Position numbers and translations under genes: made by a program. This document shows, piece by piece, positions 62,328 to 64,000 of a DNA stretch of 64,000 nt (positions are counted from its first letter, which is position 1; the number at the start of each line of letters is the position of its first letter). The notes beneath the pieces were generated by a model. That model did no database searches and was not told the origin of the DNA. It saw nothing but the letters and a program-made list of their open reading frames with translations. The DNA comes from Dehalococcoidia bacterium (GTDB lineage: Bacteria; Chloroflexota; Dehalococcoidia; Lucifugimonadales; Australimonadaceae), in NCBI GenBank assembly GCA_034422795.1, contig DAOUJK010000022.1, positions 134,556-198,555 on the forward strand, given 5' to 3'.

Positions 62328-63053
62328 GTGGACCCAACGGTCCTCGTTGCACTGGGCATCGTCGCCTTCTTCTCCGCGGTCATCGGCGGGCTGGCAGGCC
62401 TCGGCTCCGCCATCATCATGATTCCCGCGCTCACGTTCGCCGTCGGCATCAGGGAGGCCGTCCCCATCGCCACCATCGCGGTCATGATGCAGACCTGGTC
62501 GCGCATCTGGGTGAACCGCCACCTCATCGACCGCAGCGTGGTCAAGTGGTTCTTCATCGGCGCGCTGCCAATGTCCATCGTCGGCGCGACGGCGTTCGCC
62601 AACCTCCCGGCGGACGTCCTGCAGAAGGCATTCGCCGTCTTCCTGCTGCTCATCGTCGCCTTCCGGCACACCCCGCTGGCGTCCAGAGGGGCGGGGATGA
62701 GCCCCCGGGCGTTCGTCGGCGTCGGCGCGGGACAGGGCTTCCTCTCTTCGCTCTTCGGCGGCGCGGGGCCGTTCGGCGCGTCGTTCTTCCTCGCCTACGG
62801 GCTGCGGCGCGGCGCGTTCGTCGGCACCATGGCCTCCGGCATGACCATCATCAACGTCGTCAAGATCGGCGTCTACGGTTCGTTCGCCCTGGTCGACACG
62901 ACAGCCCTGCTCCTCGCCGTTGTGCTCGGCCTGGTCATGGTCGGCGGCGCCTATGTCGGCGGCATGATCGTCAATCGCGTCTCGGACAAGGCGTTCGTCT
63001 ACATCGTCGAGATCGTCATCGTCGCCGCGGCTATCTCGTTGCTGCTGCGGTAG
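62328..63053 (+). CDS. TauE/SafE family membrane protein (tandem paralog)
   Basis: 241 aa, collinear with the preceding gene ('VIGGLAGLGS', 'SLFGGAGPFGA'). Confidence 0.8.
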   Translation: MDPTVLVALGIVAFFSAVIGGLAGLGSAIIMIPALTFAVGIREAVPIATIAVMMQTWSRIWVNRHLIDRSVVKWFFIGALPMSIVGATAFANLPADVLQKAFAVFLLLIVAFRHTPLASRGAGMSPRAFVGVGAGQGFLSSLFGGAGPFGASFFLAYGLRRGAFVGTMASGMTIINVVKIGVYGSFALVDTTALLLAVVLGLVMVGGAYVGGMIVNRVSDKAFVYIVEIVIVAAAISLLLR

Positions 63054-63056
63054 CTC

Positions 63057-63350
63057 CCCGCTCATGGTGAGCCTGTCGAACCACCGCCCTTTACCGTCAT
63101 TCCAGCACCGGCTGGAATCCAGGGTGCGCGGGCAGCGCACGACGCGTCGCGAAGCGGACGCGCAAGCCCGTCGTTCCTGGGAGGCAGGAACCTCGCACCA
63201 CGTCCCGCTCATGGTGAGCCTGTCGAACCACCGCCCTTTACCGTCATTCCCGCACCGGCGGGAATCCAGAGTGCGCGGGCAGCGCACGACGCGTCGCGAA
63301 GCGGACGCGCAAGCCCGTCGTTCCTGCGCAGGCAGGAACCTCGCAGGGTG
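63057..63350. repeat. Tandem duplication (2 x 147 bp) of a composite multi-hairpin repeat
   Basis: The units start at 63057 and 63204. Each unit has a family A variant 'cccgctcatggtgagcctgtcgaacc', a family B-type hairpin, 'gtgcgcgggcagcgcac' and 'gttcctg...caggaac'. The copies differ by a compensatory pair in the B hairpin (ccAgc/gcTgg versus ccCgc/gcGgg). Confidence 0.85.
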
Positions 63351-63369
63351 AACCAGCGCAGGGAAGGGG

Positions 63370-63615
63370 GTGTCATGCTGAGCGAGCGCAGCATCCTCTC
63401 GGGCTCCCCTCTCCCGCTGGGAGAGGGGCCGGGGGTGAGGGTTGGCGGGGTGTGGAGGTATGGGGTGTCATGCTGAGCGGAGCGGAGTCGAAGCACCGTG
63501 CAGCCCCTGCCCGCCCCGTCCCGCCCCATCCTGCCCATCGATGTTCGTCGTACGTGTGACACGCGCCCCTTCCGCGAACGCCCGCCTCCGCGTACGCTGG
63601 TTGCATGACCGTCGC
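63370..63615. repeat. Cluster of repeat families D, C, D, E
   Basis: 'gtcatgctgagcgagcgcagcatcctctcggg' (63373-), 'cccctctcccgctgggagaggggccgggggtgaggg' (~63395-63445), 'gtcatgctgagcggagcggagtcgaagcacc' (63466-), and family E 'gtgtgacacgcgcccc...cgcgtacgctggttgcatgac' (63554-63609). Confidence 0.7.
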
Positions 63616-63690
63616 GCCGATAGCACACCTGACCCATGCAACGGAATGCAACAGGATGCACACCCCCGCCCGCCCCAGCTTTTGAAAACA

Positions 63691-63795
63691 TTGGCACTCT
63701 TGGCATCCTTAAGACCGGAAGCAGGCCACGGCCTTGTGGACGCCAGCATTAAGAGTGCCAAGAGTGCCAGATTGATGGCCCGTTGGCACTCTTAA
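63691..63795 (+). promoter_or_regulatory. Array of GGCACTCTT motifs including a perfect 14-bp inverted repeat, upstream of rpsT
   Basis: 'tggcactcttggca' (63692-63705) and its exact reverse complement 'tgccaagagtgcca' (63756-63769). A further 'ttggcactcttaat' is at 63782-63795. The array lies 95-195 nt upstream of the rpsT ATG. Function unknown. Confidence 0.3.
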
Positions 63796-63887
63796 TCGCA
63801 CTCCTGCCGACTCCGCCTCTGGCCAAATCCGGCCCAAGTGAGCGATAATAGGCCGTCAGCAACGAGAACAGGTCCCACGGAGCATCA

Positions 63888-64000
63888 ATGCCAGCGAAGA
63901 AAGCAGCGAGAGTCCAGGAGCGACGCCGCATCGTCAACCGGCGCGTCCGGTCCAGCACCCGCACGGCGGTCAAGAAGGCTGTCCGCGCGCTCAACACCAA
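63888..64000 (+). CDS. rpsT: 30S ribosomal protein bS20, N-terminal part (3' end outside window)
   Basis: 'MPAKKAARVQERRRIVNRRVRSSTRTAVKKAVRALNT' is a typical basic bS20 N-terminus. The frame is open to the window edge. Confidence 0.8.
   Translation, partial: MPAKKAARVQERRRIVNRRVRSSTRTAVKKAVRALNT

Noticed and set aside
63057-63350. Possible CRISPR array
   Set aside because: There are only two units and they are directly adjacent (147-bp period) with no unique spacers. The units are composites of repeat families dispersed throughout the window. No cas genes are present.
63692-63705. Sigma-54 promoter (TGGCAC...TTGCA-like) upstream of rpsT
   Set aside because: In 'TGGCACTCTTGGCA' the GG and GC dinucleotides are spaced 2 nt too close for the -24/-12 consensus. 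The motif also occurs in both orientations, which fits a palindromic site better.
1-64000. Global TGA recoding (suggested by two in-frame TGAs at 9776 and 21930), tRNA/rRNA genes, and prophage or integrase
   Set aside because: TGA clearly terminates many well-defined genes here, including recN, thiL, tsaE, leuD and fic, often in ATGA overlaps, so there is no global reassignment. I could not recognise any tRNA cloverleaf, rRNA segment, integrase, transposase or phage structural gene by eye. A tRNAscan or Infernal run would be needed to exclude small RNAs.

Overview
64-kb window of a high-GC bacterial chromosome, roughly 65-70 % GC by eye. A T-box leader, a FakA/FakB-like pair next to rpmB, Pro/Thr-rich linkers and GEGWGEG-type repeats suggest a Chloroflexota-like (Terrabacteria) lineage, but this is inference only. 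I recognised no rRNA, tRNA, CRISPR array, transposase or integrase.

Most of the window is housekeeping:
- Ribosomal and translation-related genes: rpmE, rpmA, rplU, rpsP, rimM, rpmB, start of rpsT, tyrS, mnmA, tsaE, tsaB, rsfS.
- DNA metabolism: recN 3' end, gyrA, rnhB, yraN.
- Amino-acid biosynthesis: thrB-ask; trpA-aroH-aroG; and a Leu(CUC) T-box-controlled ilvBNC-leuA-leuCD-leuB operon.

Accessory or unusual content:
1. A single 1,702-aa ORF fuses a DEDD exonuclease, a RecQ helicase and a UvrD helicase. It sits in an AT-shifted islet between tsaB and ndk, bracketed by repeat debris. This is my best candidate for an undescribed defence or genome-surveillance system.
2. A DUF3179 lipoprotein gene is interrupted by one in-frame TGA at the first Cys of its CxxC motif, with a hairpin just downstream. 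It is either a selenocysteine candidate or a pseudogene.
3. At least five families of short interspersed hairpin repeats are present. One copy is inserted in frame inside tyrS and another forms the recN C-terminus. There is also a 2 x 147-bp tandem composite.
4. An AbrB-domain gene plus a PIN remnant splits the leu operon.
5. A BrnT/BrnA-like pair and a class II Fic gene lie close together; the Fic gene has an operator-like half-site array.
6. A membrane-anchored protein carries two 7-bladed RCC1-like propellers.
7. A K+ channel has a non-canonical TVGYEE filter.
8. A metallophosphoesterase gene is frameshifted.
9. rnhB lacks a canonical start codon and lies in frame behind the mnmA stop.

Many long ORFs in the six-frame track are GC-driven antisense or off-frame shadows and were ignored.
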